Source of the DNA: Candidatus Binatia bacterium
Lineage (GTDB): Bacteria > Desulfobacterota > Binatia > UTPRO1
Assembly (NCBI GenBank): GCA_036496285.1
Contig: DASXLI010000024.1
Coordinates: 37,125-101,124 of the forward strand
Direction of reading: 5' to 3'
Length of the DNA stretch: 64,000 nucleotides
Shown: positions 1 through 8,347 of the stretch, in pieces
Position numbering within the stretch: position 1 is the stretch's first letter
How the letters are laid out: every line of letters begins with the position of its first letter
Position numbers and translations under genes: made by a program
The notes under the pieces: model-generated
The model's database searches: none
What the model saw: the letters and a program-made list of their open reading frames with translations, nothing else
What the model was told of the DNA's origin: nothing

Positions 1-592
1 GAGCGACTGCGGCGCCTCGACGAACAACGCGTCTGCCCCCGCCTCGCGATACGCGCGCGCCCGTGCGATCGCCTCTTCGAGCCCGATCGCCTGTCGCGCA
101 TCGGTCCGCGCCACGATGAAGCAGTCCGCGTCCGCCCGCGCCCGCACGGCGGCCCGGATCTTCTGCACCTGCTCCTCGACCGGAATCACCCGCTTCCCGC
201 GCATGTGCCCGCAACGCTTCGGCCACACCTGATCCTCGAGAAAGACCCCCGCCGCCCCCGCGTGCACCACCTCTTCCACCGTGCGCATGACGTTCAGCGC
301 GTTCCCATACCCGGTATCCACGTCCACGATCACCGGACACGCGACCCCTCGACAGATCCGCCGCGCCGCCTCCACGATGTCGGTCTGCGTCAGCACCCCG
401 AAGTCCGGCTCCCCGAGATACGTCGCGCTCACGCTGTACCCCGACACGAACAACACCTCGAACCCCGCCCGAGCCGCCACCCGCGCCGACAACGCATCGA
501 ACACCCCCGGCATCACCAGGGGCGCCCCACCCTGCAACCGCGAACGAAGCTCATCAGCCCGATTCGAATTGGCGATCATGCCAACTCGATAA
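1..592 (-). CDS. PEP mutase / isocitrate lyase superfamily protein (methylisocitrate lyase- or carboxyvinyl-carboxyphosphonate phosphorylmutase-like). Partial: the C-terminus runs off the window start.
   Basis: Reverse-strand translation from the ATG at 592 gives MIANSNRADELRSRLQGGAPLVMPGVFDALSARVAARAGFEVLFVSGYSVSATYLGEPDFGVLTQTDIVEAARRI...VIVDVDTGYGNALNVMRTVEEVVHAGAAGVFLEDQVWPKRCGHMRGKRVIP, the typical ICL/PEPM fold signature. The ORF track does not list it because it lacks a stop codon inside the window. Confidence 0.7.
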
Positions 593-819
593 CCCAGGCC
601 ACGCCCACCACACAACCGAGCGAGCGCAGCCGAAACGAGCGCAGCGAGCAAGGCAACCGGAGACGCGCCCGTCACCTCGACCGACGCATCATCCGTGGCC
701 GCGCCAGACGGCGCGAGCGCAGCGAGCGACGAACCGGAGCCGGCGGGATTCACTCCCGCCGGCGACGCCCACCGGAGCACGGTGCGGGCGAAGCCCGCGC
801 CGCGCGCACGGGGGCTACA

Positions 820-2607
820 TCAGAACTGATAGCTAAAGCGGAGGCCGGTCTCCGAGCGACCGCGGTTGAGACCACCAAGACCCCACGGCTCGAAATTGAC
901 CTCCTTCGTCGGATTGATGATGAACCGCTGCGCAATGTTCACCGCGAAGTTCGGTGTCATGAACCAGTCGACGCCCCACACGACCTCCTGGCTGTAGCTG
1001 TTCACCGGATCGAGCAGGTACACCATCGAGGGCACGAGGCTGCCGCCGCGATAGAAGCCGAGGATCGCGAACGTCGCCAGGGCTTCCCAGTCGTGGACGG
1101 TGTCGCGGTACGCGACCGCCGGAACCTGGCCGACCGGCCGCGTGGTCGTCGGCAGATCGAGCCCGCCGACCAAGTTCTTATTCTTGTTGGGGATGTAGTT
1201 GTAGAAAAACTGGCCGGTGAGAAAGAAGGTCGTCTTCTTGTTGAGCGGCCGGATCCAGGTCGGGCGATCGAAGGCGATGAGACCAGAATAGATATCCTGT
1301 TTGCGGACCCCGGGCAGGAAGGGCGCGTAGGTCGTCTGGCGATCGCAATTCGCCCCAGCCGCATTGGGATGGGCATTACACGAGTAGAACGGGATCCCGA
1401 AATCGTATGCTTGCTCGGACCGCCACACGATCTTCGTCCATTCGTCGAAGTAGTTGCCGGCGAGACCGATCGTCGGGATGTACGGCGCCGAGTACTCGAC
1501 GGGAAGCGTGCCTTTGGCGATCAGGTCGTTGGTACGCGAGATGCCGGCCTGCGTCGGCTTGATACCACGGGCGACCGCCGCCTCGGTGCTGGCACCGCCG
1601 CTGCCGGTGAACCGCTGGTAGATGAAGCCCGTTTGTAGCTGCATGCCCTCGGGCAGGATCGGCGTATCCATGCCGGTCACGCCGTTGAAGCGGATGCCGA
1701 ACTGGCTGTTGTCCATCGGATTGCGACTGTAGTCGCCCTGACGGAACAGCTTCGTGCCGTTCATCAGCCGCTCCGCTTTGAAGGGATGATTGAACGCACC
1801 GCTTTGCGGATTCGTCAGGGGATTGCCGATCTTCACGCCCCACGGATTGGGCAGGAAGGTCACCTTGGTGGGAGACCAGTCGCCCGGATTCCAGTAGGCC
1901 TCGGCAAAGACATTGCTCCACGAGCCCACGCTACCGAAGTCATACAGGCCCTTGATCATCCAGAAGGGCATGCGCAAATCGTCGAAACCGAAGGCGGGCG
2001 GCGGCAGCTCCTGCTGGAAGTGCCACGACAGGTCGAGACTGTTGGCGCGGTCGAGCAGGCGGAAACCGTCGGACTCACCCCAGATGATCTGCTGGCGGCC
2101 GGCGCGGAGGCTGAAGTTGTGGAGAAACCCGCGGAACTTGACGTCGACGTACGCCTCGCGCAGCACGTTCTCGAACTTGAGCGCGTCGCGCGCGCCCTTG
2201 TCGTAGTCGTCGATGCTGTTGAAGCGCTTGTCCGTCTTCTCGCCGGTGAAGTTCCGCCGGTTCTTCGTATCGGGGAGGGCGTCGTACGCGCTGTCGTACA
2301 CGCCGCGATACAGCAGGAAGAGGTGCGAGCTCTCGATGAGGTCGGAGAGGTCGATGCGGTCGAGCCACTTGCCGTGCTGTACCCAGTCCCAGTCGACCCG
2401 CGCGCGGAACGTGTTGCGCTGCTGGATGAACTGGTACGTGCTCGCGTCCGGCGTGCGGATGAGTTGCTGCGATTGCACGTTGCCGGAGAGCTCGAGAGGA
2501 CCGTACTTCTGTGTCGCCGACGCCGTGGTCGCGAGGCCGGCGATTGCCAGCGCCGTCACGAAGATCGCCAGGCTGCGCTGGGTTCGCCGCATGCTGCCCA
2601 TCAACAT
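820..2607 (-). CDS. Outer-membrane beta-barrel protein, DUF1302-like
   Basis: A signal peptide (MRRTQRSLAIFVTALAIAGLATTASA) follows the MLMGS start at 2607, which lies 7 nt after the GGAGGAGG RBS at 2613-2620. It has a GRQQIIWGES motif, Gly/Tyr/aromatic-rich amphipathic strands, and a C-terminal ...RFSYQF ending in Phe. The upstream 261 nt of the track ORF (820..2868) are Arg/Pro-rich junk. Confidence 0.6.
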   Translation of the reverse strand: MLMGSMRRTQRSLAIFVTALAIAGLATTASATQKYGPLELSGNVQSQQLIRTPDASTYQFIQQRNTFRARVDWDWVQHGKWLDRIDLSDLIESSHLFLLYRGVYDSAYDALPDTKNRRNFTGEKTDKRFNSIDDYDKGARDALKFENVLREAYVDVKFRGFLHNFSLRAGRQQIIWGESDGFRLLDRANSLDLSWHFQQELPPPAFGFDDLRMPFWMIKGLYDFGSVGSWSNVFAEAYWNPGDWSPTKVTFLPNPWGVKIGNPLTNPQSGAFNHPFKAERLMNGTKLFRQGDYSRNPMDNSQFGIRFNGVTGMDTPILPEGMQLQTGFIYQRFTGSGGASTEAAVARGIKPTQAGISRTNDLIAKGTLPVEYSAPYIPTIGLAGNYFDEWTKIVWRSEQAYDFGIPFYSCNAHPNAAGANCDRQTTYAPFLPGVRKQDIYSGLIAFDRPTWIRPLNKKTTFFLTGQFFYNYIPNKNKNLVGGLDLPTTTRPVGQVPAVAYRDTVHDWEALATFAILGFYRGGSLVPSMVYLLDPVNSYSQEVVWGVDWFMTPNFAVNIAQRFIINPTKEVNFEPWGLGGLNRGRSETGLRFSYQF

Positions 2608-2752
2608 GAAACCTCCTCCGCGTTCGGATCGCGTGTGATCTAAGGCTGCGTGCGGCCCGGGGGGGGCAGCCGGCACAGCGAGCGCTCTACCGCAGGTGAC
2701 CGTGTACACGCAACAGTCCCGCTGCCCTGGCCGCCGGGGACGCGGCGCGCGC

Positions 2753-5155
2753 TCAGGCCGACAGCGCCGTCGGGAGGGGGAGCGGCAGCGGCGCTCGCCG
2801 CACCGCATCGGAAACGGGGAAACGCAGGACGAACGACGACCCCCTGCCGGGCTCGCTCTCGACCGCAATCGTTCCGCCGAGCGTCAGGGTCAGCCGACGC
2901 ACGATGTAGAGGCCGAGGCCGACGCCGTCGTGGCGGCGGCGGTCGCTGCCGTCGACCTGGCGGAACATGTCGAAGATGATCGCCTGGTTCTCGGCCGTGA
3001 TGCCGATGCCGGTGTCCGTGACCGTGATCTGCAGGACACCGCCGTCGTCGGTCAGGCCGGCCGCGACCGATACCGAACCCGATTCGGTGAACTTGAGCGC
3101 GTTGTGGACCAGGTTGCGGACGATCATCTTCAGCTTGTTGTGATCGCTTTGCAGGGTCGGCAGGTCCGGCTCGGCCGCCATGACGAGACGCACGCCCGGC
3201 TTCACCCACGAGCTCGGGACCTGGCCGGCGAGCTCATCGAGCAATTTCGCAACATCGACCGGTCCAAGGTTGACCGGCAGGGCGCCCGACTCCATCCGGC
3301 TGACGTCGAGCGTCGCCTGGATAAGCTCCAGCAGTTGACGCGAGTAGTCGAGCACCTTGAGGCAGATCTCGCGCTGGTTCTCGCTGATCGGCCCGAAGTC
3401 GCCGTCGCGGAGCAGCTCGCTGTAGCCGATGATCGCGTTGAGCGGCGTTCGAAGCTCGTGGGACATGGTGCCGATGAACTCCGACTTGAGGCTGTTCGCG
3501 GCACGCAGGTTGCGGAGCAGCCGTCCGTTCTCGATCGCGGCCACGGTCTGGTAAGCGATGCCGGTCAGGAGCCGCCGGGTCTTTGAGCTGCACGCGGTCG
3601 CGCGCTCGTGCGAGCCGGCCGTGAGCGCGCCGATGGCCTCGCCGCGCAAGGTGAGCGGCACGACGACGAGCGACTTCAGCATCCAGCGCCGCCACCATTC
3701 GCCCGGCACCGGGATCTCGCCGTCGGCCTCGCGGCACTCGGCGAAGCCCTGGCGGGCCGCCTGCTCGAGGATGGGGAAGTCGCGCATCTCGAGGTCGAGG
3801 TGGCGTGCCTCCTCGAGGATGTGGGCGCGACTCGCGTCGCTGCCCGCGGCGATGTGACAGGTGCCGCGCTCGTGGTCGTAGAGGACGATGTTGACGAAAT
3901 CGTCGTCGACGAGGGTCCGGGTCAACGCGCAGAGCCGGTCGAGGCGGTCCTCGGCGTCGAAGGTCGCGTCGAGGAGCGCAGCGACTTGCAGGAGCGCCCC
4001 GGAGATCTCCGCCTCCTCGCGTTGCGCCGCGTGCAGGCTCGCGTTCTCGATCGCCACCGCGGCGTGCGTCGCGATGCCGCCCGCGAGCTTCCGCTGGAAG
4101 GGCGCGAACGGGCCTTTGGTGGCGCGGTAGCCGGTCGCGAAGAGCCCGAGCGTCCGGTTGCCGCACCGCATGGCCGCGAACATCGCCGAGCCGATGCGCC
4201 AGTCGTGCAACGCGCGCGCACCGGCGCCGCTGGTCGCGTCGGTGAGCTCGACCAGGCCTTCAGCGGCGACCAGCGCGCCGAAGTCCCAGAAGCCCTCGCC
4301 GATCGGCGTCTCCGACGGCGCGCCGAGACCGCGACTCGCCATGAGGCGATAGCCCGACGGCGCCGCGGCGTCGACCAGGATGGTCGCGCACCAGTCGGTC
4401 CGCAGGCGCTCGATCGCCACCGTCTGCAGGCGATCCATGACGACCCGGAGATCGAGCGAGGTGCCAAGCGCGCGGCTCACCTCGAGAAGGCCGAGGGCGC
4501 TCTCGGCCGTGACGCTGAGCTCGGCGTTCGCCTCCGCGAGGCGCTCGCCCGTGGACGCGAGGTTGCGGTTCTTGTCGCGCAGATGCTGCTTGTAGAAGAA
4601 GCTCTGGTTTCCGACCAGGCAGAACACGAAGATCGACGCCGCGAACATCACCCACGGGTTCGCGTGGGCGAGCACGGCCATGTCGCTCAGGTGGAAGAGG
4701 CACGCCGAGCACGCCGCGGCGAACGCGGTGATGACGATACCGCAGACGCCCGACACCATCGTCGCGGGCACGATCGTCATCAGGAAGAAGTTCGAGAAGA
4801 GGAGGCGGTTGGGGCCGAGCACCGCCAGTCCGGCCGCGATCGACGTCGTATCGACGATGAGCTGCAGGTAGACGAGCGCGTGGGCGTGCCCGCGCGTCGC
4901 CATCACGCGGTAGAGCGGATTGAGCGCGGCGGTCGCGCCGCAGATGGCGACGATCGAGAGCCACGGCAATCCGAGGTGGCCGACGCTGCTGATGATCGGC
5001 ACCCAGACGGTCACGGCCGCGACCGTCCAGAGACGCGTCAGCATCAGCCAGTCGTTGATCGCGGCGACGTCCGACTGCTCGAGCTGCGCGACGGACGCGA
5101 GGTCGCGCGGCTTGGCACCGATGGGTGCGGGCGAGGGCGGACGGCGGACTGCCAC
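2753..5155 (-). CDS. Membrane sensor histidine kinase with tandem GAF domains, HisKA and HATPase_c
   Basis: An N-terminal multi-TM region is followed by two GAF-like segments and an H-box (SHELRTPLNAIIGYSELL). The N, G1 and G2 boxes are present (HNALKFT...DTGIGI...GVGLGLYIV). Confidence 0.8.
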   Translation of the reverse strand: MAVRRPPSPAPIGAKPRDLASVAQLEQSDVAAINDWLMLTRLWTVAAVTVWVPIISSVGHLGLPWLSIVAICGATAALNPLYRVMATRGHAHALVYLQLIVDTTSIAAGLAVLGPNRLLFSNFFLMTIVPATMVSGVCGIVITAFAAACSACLFHLSDMAVLAHANPWVMFAASIFVFCLVGNQSFFYKQHLRDKNRNLASTGERLAEANAELSVTAESALGLLEVSRALGTSLDLRVVMDRLQTVAIERLRTDWCATILVDAAAPSGYRLMASRGLGAPSETPIGEGFWDFGALVAAEGLVELTDATSGAGARALHDWRIGSAMFAAMRCGNRTLGLFATGYRATKGPFAPFQRKLAGGIATHAAVAIENASLHAAQREEAEISGALLQVAALLDATFDAEDRLDRLCALTRTLVDDDFVNIVLYDHERGTCHIAAGSDASRAHILEEARHLDLEMRDFPILEQAARQGFAECREADGEIPVPGEWWRRWMLKSLVVVPLTLRGEAIGALTAGSHERATACSSKTRRLLTGIAYQTVAAIENGRLLRNLRAANSLKSEFIGTMSHELRTPLNAIIGYSELLRDGDFGPISENQREICLKVLDYSRQLLELIQATLDVSRMESGALPVNLGPVDVAKLLDELAGQVPSSWVKPGVRLVMAAEPDLPTLQSDHNKLKMIVRNLVHNALKFTESGSVSVAAGLTDDGGVLQITVTDTGIGITAENQAIIFDMFRQVDGSDRRRHDGVGLGLYIVRRLTLTLGGTIAVESEPGRGSSFVLRFPVSDAVRRAPLPLPLPTALSA

Positions 5156-5283
5156 GCTCCGGAGCGGAGCAAAGCCTATGCCACGGTATCTGGCACCCCG
5201 CCCGGAAAACGGGCCCGAAACGGCCCGCCGCGCGACCGCTCAGGCGCCGCGCGCGCTAGCAGCAACGCCCGCGTGCCACTCCG

Positions 5284-5459
5284 TCATTCCCGTGACGCCG
5301 CGCCCCGGGATGCGCCGCTCGCGAGCCTCGCGCGCAGCTCCTCGAGCTCGCGGGTGGTGGCGCGGTGCTTGCGCCCAAGGCGGATCAGGAAGAGCGCGAG
5401 CAGCGTCCAGATCGCCGCGTAGGCGCTGAATAGGAACCAGAAGCGATCGGGGTTGCTCA
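5284..5459 (-). CDS. ccmD: Heme exporter protein CcmD
   Basis: A 58-aa single-TM protein (MSNPDRFWFLFSAYAAIWTLLALFLIRLGRKHR...). Its ATG overlaps the ccmC stop, and it is the last gene of the ccm operon. Confidence 0.6.
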
Positions 5460-6194
5460 TCGTGCGGCCCGAGCCGCGGATGCGTCGAGCGCCCCGATCT
5501 CGTCCTCCAGCGCGTGCAGCTCGTCGCGCAGCCGCAGGTCCTCGTAGCGCCGCCAGAGGAGCCACAGGAAGAGCAGCAGGAAGGCGACGAAGGCGACGAT
5601 CAACGTCGCGATCATGCGGCTGTCCTGGATGCCGGCGCCCGTCCCCGACGGCGCCGTGATGACCGACGGGTGCATGCCGCGCCACAAGCGCACCGACACC
5701 ATGATCAGCGGCACGTCCAGCACGCCGACGATCGCGAGCACCGCCGCGTAGCGCGCGATCTGCGGATCGTCCTGCGCCATCGCCCGCAGCACGAGGTACA
5801 CGGCGTAGATCGTCCAGAGGATCAGGGTCATCGTGAGCCGCGGGTCCCAGGTCCACCACGTGCCCCAGATGGGACGTGCCCAGATCGGGCCGCTCACCAG
5901 CACCATGGTGCAGAAGAGCATGCCCACCTCGACGGCGGCGTGCGCCAAGCGGTCGAACTCGGCACGGCCACGCCAGAGGAAGAGGCAGCTCGCCGCGGCG
6001 GCGACGCCGAAGCCCGCGAACGCCTCCCAGGCGGCGTTCACGTGAAAGTAGAAGATGCGCTGCACCGGCCCCTGCATGCGCTCGTTCGGCACCCAGAGGA
6101 AGACGCACGCGAGCGCAATGAACATCGCGACCGTCGCGGCGACGGGCAGGACGCCGTCGGCGAGCGGGGCGAGACGTCGGCGGATCATCATGAG
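5457..6194 (-). CDS. ccmC: Heme exporter protein CcmC (WWD domain)
   Basis: It has the WGTWWTWDPRLT tryptophan-rich WWD motif, conserved His residues and six TM helices. The start is MMIRRR at 6194. Confidence 0.85.
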   Translation of the reverse strand, partial: LMMIRRRLAPLADGVLPVAATVAMFIALACVFLWVPNERMQGPVQRIFYFHVNAAWEAFAGFGVAAAASCLFLWRGRAEFDRLAHAAVEVGMLFCTMVLVSGPIWARPIWGTWWTWDPRLTMTLILWTIYAVYLVLRAMAQDDPQIARYAAVLAIVGVLDVPLIMVSVRLWRGMHPSVITAPSGTGAGIQDSRMIATLIVAFVAFLLLFLWLLWRRYEDLRLRDELHALEDEIGALDASAARAAR

Positions 6195-6201
6195 TCGCTC
6201 C

Positions 6202-6864
6202 TCACTCGAGCACGAGCTGCTCGAACAGCATCCAGCCGGCCACGGTGACAATCACGTCGAACGTCGCCAGCACGCGGAGCCACACCCCCGCGCTCGCCGC
6301 CGGGCCGCCGGACAGGACGATGCGGCTTGCCTCGACGGCGCAGATGACGACCGGCACGAGGAGCGGCAACACGAGAAGCGGCAGCAGCAGCTCGCGCGCG
6401 CGCAAGCGCACTGAGATCGCGGCGAACAGCGTCGCGAGCGCCGAGAAGCCGATCAGCCCGAGCCCGTTCACGAGCAGGAGCTCGACCGGCGACGCGGCCA
6501 CCGGCACGCCGAGCACGAGCCCGAGCAGCAGGATAAGCACGACGTCGGCGATGGCGAGGACCACCAGGTTCGCGACGAGCTTGGCCGCGAAGATCGCGCC
6601 GCGGTCGACGGGCGCGAGCAGGAGCCCGTACCACGCGCCGCTCTCGCGCTCCACGAGGAACGTGCGCTGCACGCCGAGCAGGCCGGCGAAGATCAGCGTG
6701 ACCCACAGGACCGCGGGCGCGGCGCCGCGTGCGCCGTCGGGATCGAGCGCGAAGGTGAAGGTCAGCAGGATCAGGACGACCAGCATGACGAGGCTCGCGA
6801 GCGCCTCCCGCGTGCGCATCTCGAGCAGCAAGTCCTTGCGCAGGATGGGCCAGAGGGAGCGCAT
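6202..6864 (-). CDS. ccmB: Heme exporter permease CcmB
   Basis: A 220-aa polytopic membrane protein (MRSLWPILRKDLLLEMRTREALASL...) typical of CcmB. Its start lies 3 nt after the ccmA stop. Confidence 0.8.
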   Translation of the reverse strand: MRSLWPILRKDLLLEMRTREALASLVMLVVLILLTFTFALDPDGARGAAPAVLWVTLIFAGLLGVQRTFLVERESGAWYGLLLAPVDRGAIFAAKLVANLVVLAIADVVLILLLGLVLGVPVAASPVELLLVNGLGLIGFSALATLFAAISVRLRARELLLPLLVLPLLVPVVICAVEASRIVLSGGPAASAGVWLRVLATFDVIVTVAGWMLFEQLVLE

Positions 6865-6866
6865 GC

Positions 6867-7574
6867 CTAGGCCGCCACCGCGCCGGTGATGCGGCGGTAC
6901 GCCTCGTGGAACGCGCCGAGCTCGCCCGCCGTGCGAGTCGCCTGCCAGGCCACACGACCATCGTGCAGGATCATGGCCCGGTCGGCAATCGCGAGGCCGC
7001 GCTCGAAATCGTGGGTCGCGACGATCACCGTGCGGCCGTCCGCATGCGACGTGACGAGGAGGTCCGAAAGCAGATCGGCCGCCGCGGCGTCGAGCGCGCT
7101 CCACGGCTCGTCGAGCAGGAGGAGGTCGGGTGCGTGCAACAGCGCACGGGCGAGCGCCAGGCGCTGTTCCATGCCGCGCGAGAAGGCGCGCACCGGCCGC
7201 GTGCCCGTGCCGGCGAGGCCCACACGCGTGAGCCATTCCGCCGCGATCCGCTCGGGCTCGGGCAACGCATACAGTCGGGCGTAGAACGCGAGATTCTCAC
7301 TCGCGCTGAGATCCGGGTAGAGGAAGCTCTGGTGCGATACGACGCCGATGCGGCGCCGCGTGCTCGCCTCGCGCTCGAGCGAGCCGAAGAGGCGGAGCGA
7401 GCCGGCCGTCGGCGCGTAGATGGTCGCGCAGAGGCGCAGCAAGGTGCTCTTCCCCGCCCCATTCGGGCCGAAGAGGACGAGCGTCTCCCCGGCGTCGACC
7501 CGCAGCGTGACGTCGCGCAGCACACGCGTGCGGCCGAACGCCTTGCCGAGCGACTCGGCCTCGACGACGCTCAT
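6867..7574 (-). CDS. ccmA: Cytochrome c biogenesis ABC ATPase CcmA
   Basis: It has Walker A (GPNGAGKST), the signature FSRGMEQR, Walker B (LLLLDEP) and an H-loop (ATHD). Confidence 0.8.
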   Translation of the reverse strand: MSVVEAESLGKAFGRTRVLRDVTLRVDAGETLVLFGPNGAGKSTLLRLCATIYAPTAGSLRLFGSLEREASTRRRIGVVSHQSFLYPDLSASENLAFYARLYALPEPERIAAEWLTRVGLAGTGTRPVRAFSRGMEQRLALARALLHAPDLLLLDEPWSALDAAAADLLSDLLVTSHADGRTVIVATHDFERGLAIADRAMILHDGRVAWQATRTAGELGAFHEAYRRITGAVAA

Positions 7575-7668
7575 GCGTCGGAAATACCGAACGCTGTTCG
7601 AGAAGGGAAGGCGCGATCCATCAGATCCATCGCGGCGCGAGGCGTGAGCCGCGGCCGTGAAGCGGCCG

Positions 7669-7947
7669 CTAGCGCCGGTCCAGCGCCGCGAGGGCGGCGA
7701 GCGCTCGATCCTCGTAGGTGCGGCGCAGGGTCGCATAGTCCTCGTCGGAGAGCTTGCCCATCTGCAGGTCGAACTCCGCCTCTTTGATCGCGGCGTAGGC
7801 GAGGTCGCGCTCCTTCTCGAGCCGGTAGCGCTCGGGGTCGCCGGACGGGGACGGCGGCACGATGGCGCCGCGCAGGAGCGGCGCGGCGACGGCCCACGCG
7901 ACCGAGGCGACGATCGCAAGCCCGGCGGCGTACCAGTACGACGTCAC
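7669..7947 (-). CDS. Small single-TM protein of unknown function inside the ccm operon, with a GTG start
   Basis: A GTG lies 1 nt after the ccmH stop. The product is VTSYWYAAGLAIVASVAWAVAAPLL (TM) followed by a charged helical tail (ERYRLEKERDLAYAAIKEAEFDLQMGKLSDEDYATLRRTYEDRA). It has no Cys and no TPR. The track ORF (7669..7989) starts at an ATG inside ccmH. Confidence 0.35.
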   Translation of the reverse strand: MTSYWYAAGLAIVASVAWAVAAPLLRGAIVPPSPSGDPERYRLEKERDLAYAAIKEAEFDLQMGKLSDEDYATLRRTYEDRALAALAALDRR

Positions 7948-7948
7948 G

Positions 7949-8347
7949 TCACGCGTCCCAGCGGTCGAGCTCGGCCTCGAGACGGGCACGGAGCTTCGGG
8001 TCGTCGGCGGCAGGCGCCGGGGGCTTGACCGTGTCCTGCTGCCGCCGCCAGCGCCGCGTCAGGATCACGATCAGCATCGTCGAGAGCAGGACCACGGCGA
8101 ACGGCGTCACCCAGGCGACGATGTTGAAGCCGCTCGTCGTCGGCGCCGAGAGGATCTTCTCGCCGTACTTGCCGGAGAAGTACGAGAGGACCTCCTCGCC
8201 CGTCTTCCCGAGCGCGAGCTGCGACGCGATCTCCTGCTTCAGTGGGATGCCGGAGGGGCACTGCAGATGGTTGCAGGCGTGCACCGTCAGGCCACAGCCG
8301 CACTGACACGTGAGCGCCTCCTCGAGATCGGTCTGCGACGCGTTCAC
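7949..8347 (-). CDS. ccmH: Cytochrome c-type biogenesis protein CcmH/CycL
   Basis: It has an LTCQCGCGLTVHACNHLQCP (LRCxxC-type) motif followed by a TM segment. The GTG start overlaps the ccmF TGA stop (GTGA). Confidence 0.75.
   Translation of the reverse strand: MNASQTDLEEALTCQCGCGLTVHACNHLQCPSGIPLKQEIASQLALGKTGEEVLSYFSGKYGEKILSAPTTSGFNIVAWVTPFAVVLLSTMLIVILTRRWRRQQDTVKPPAPAADDPKLRARLEAELDRWDA

Noticed and set aside
3608-5422. A 604-aa plus-strand ORF antisense to the histidine kinase
   Set aside because: It has no domains and an Arg/Glu/Asp-rich composition. The minus-strand frame carries complete GAF/HisKA/HATPase motifs.
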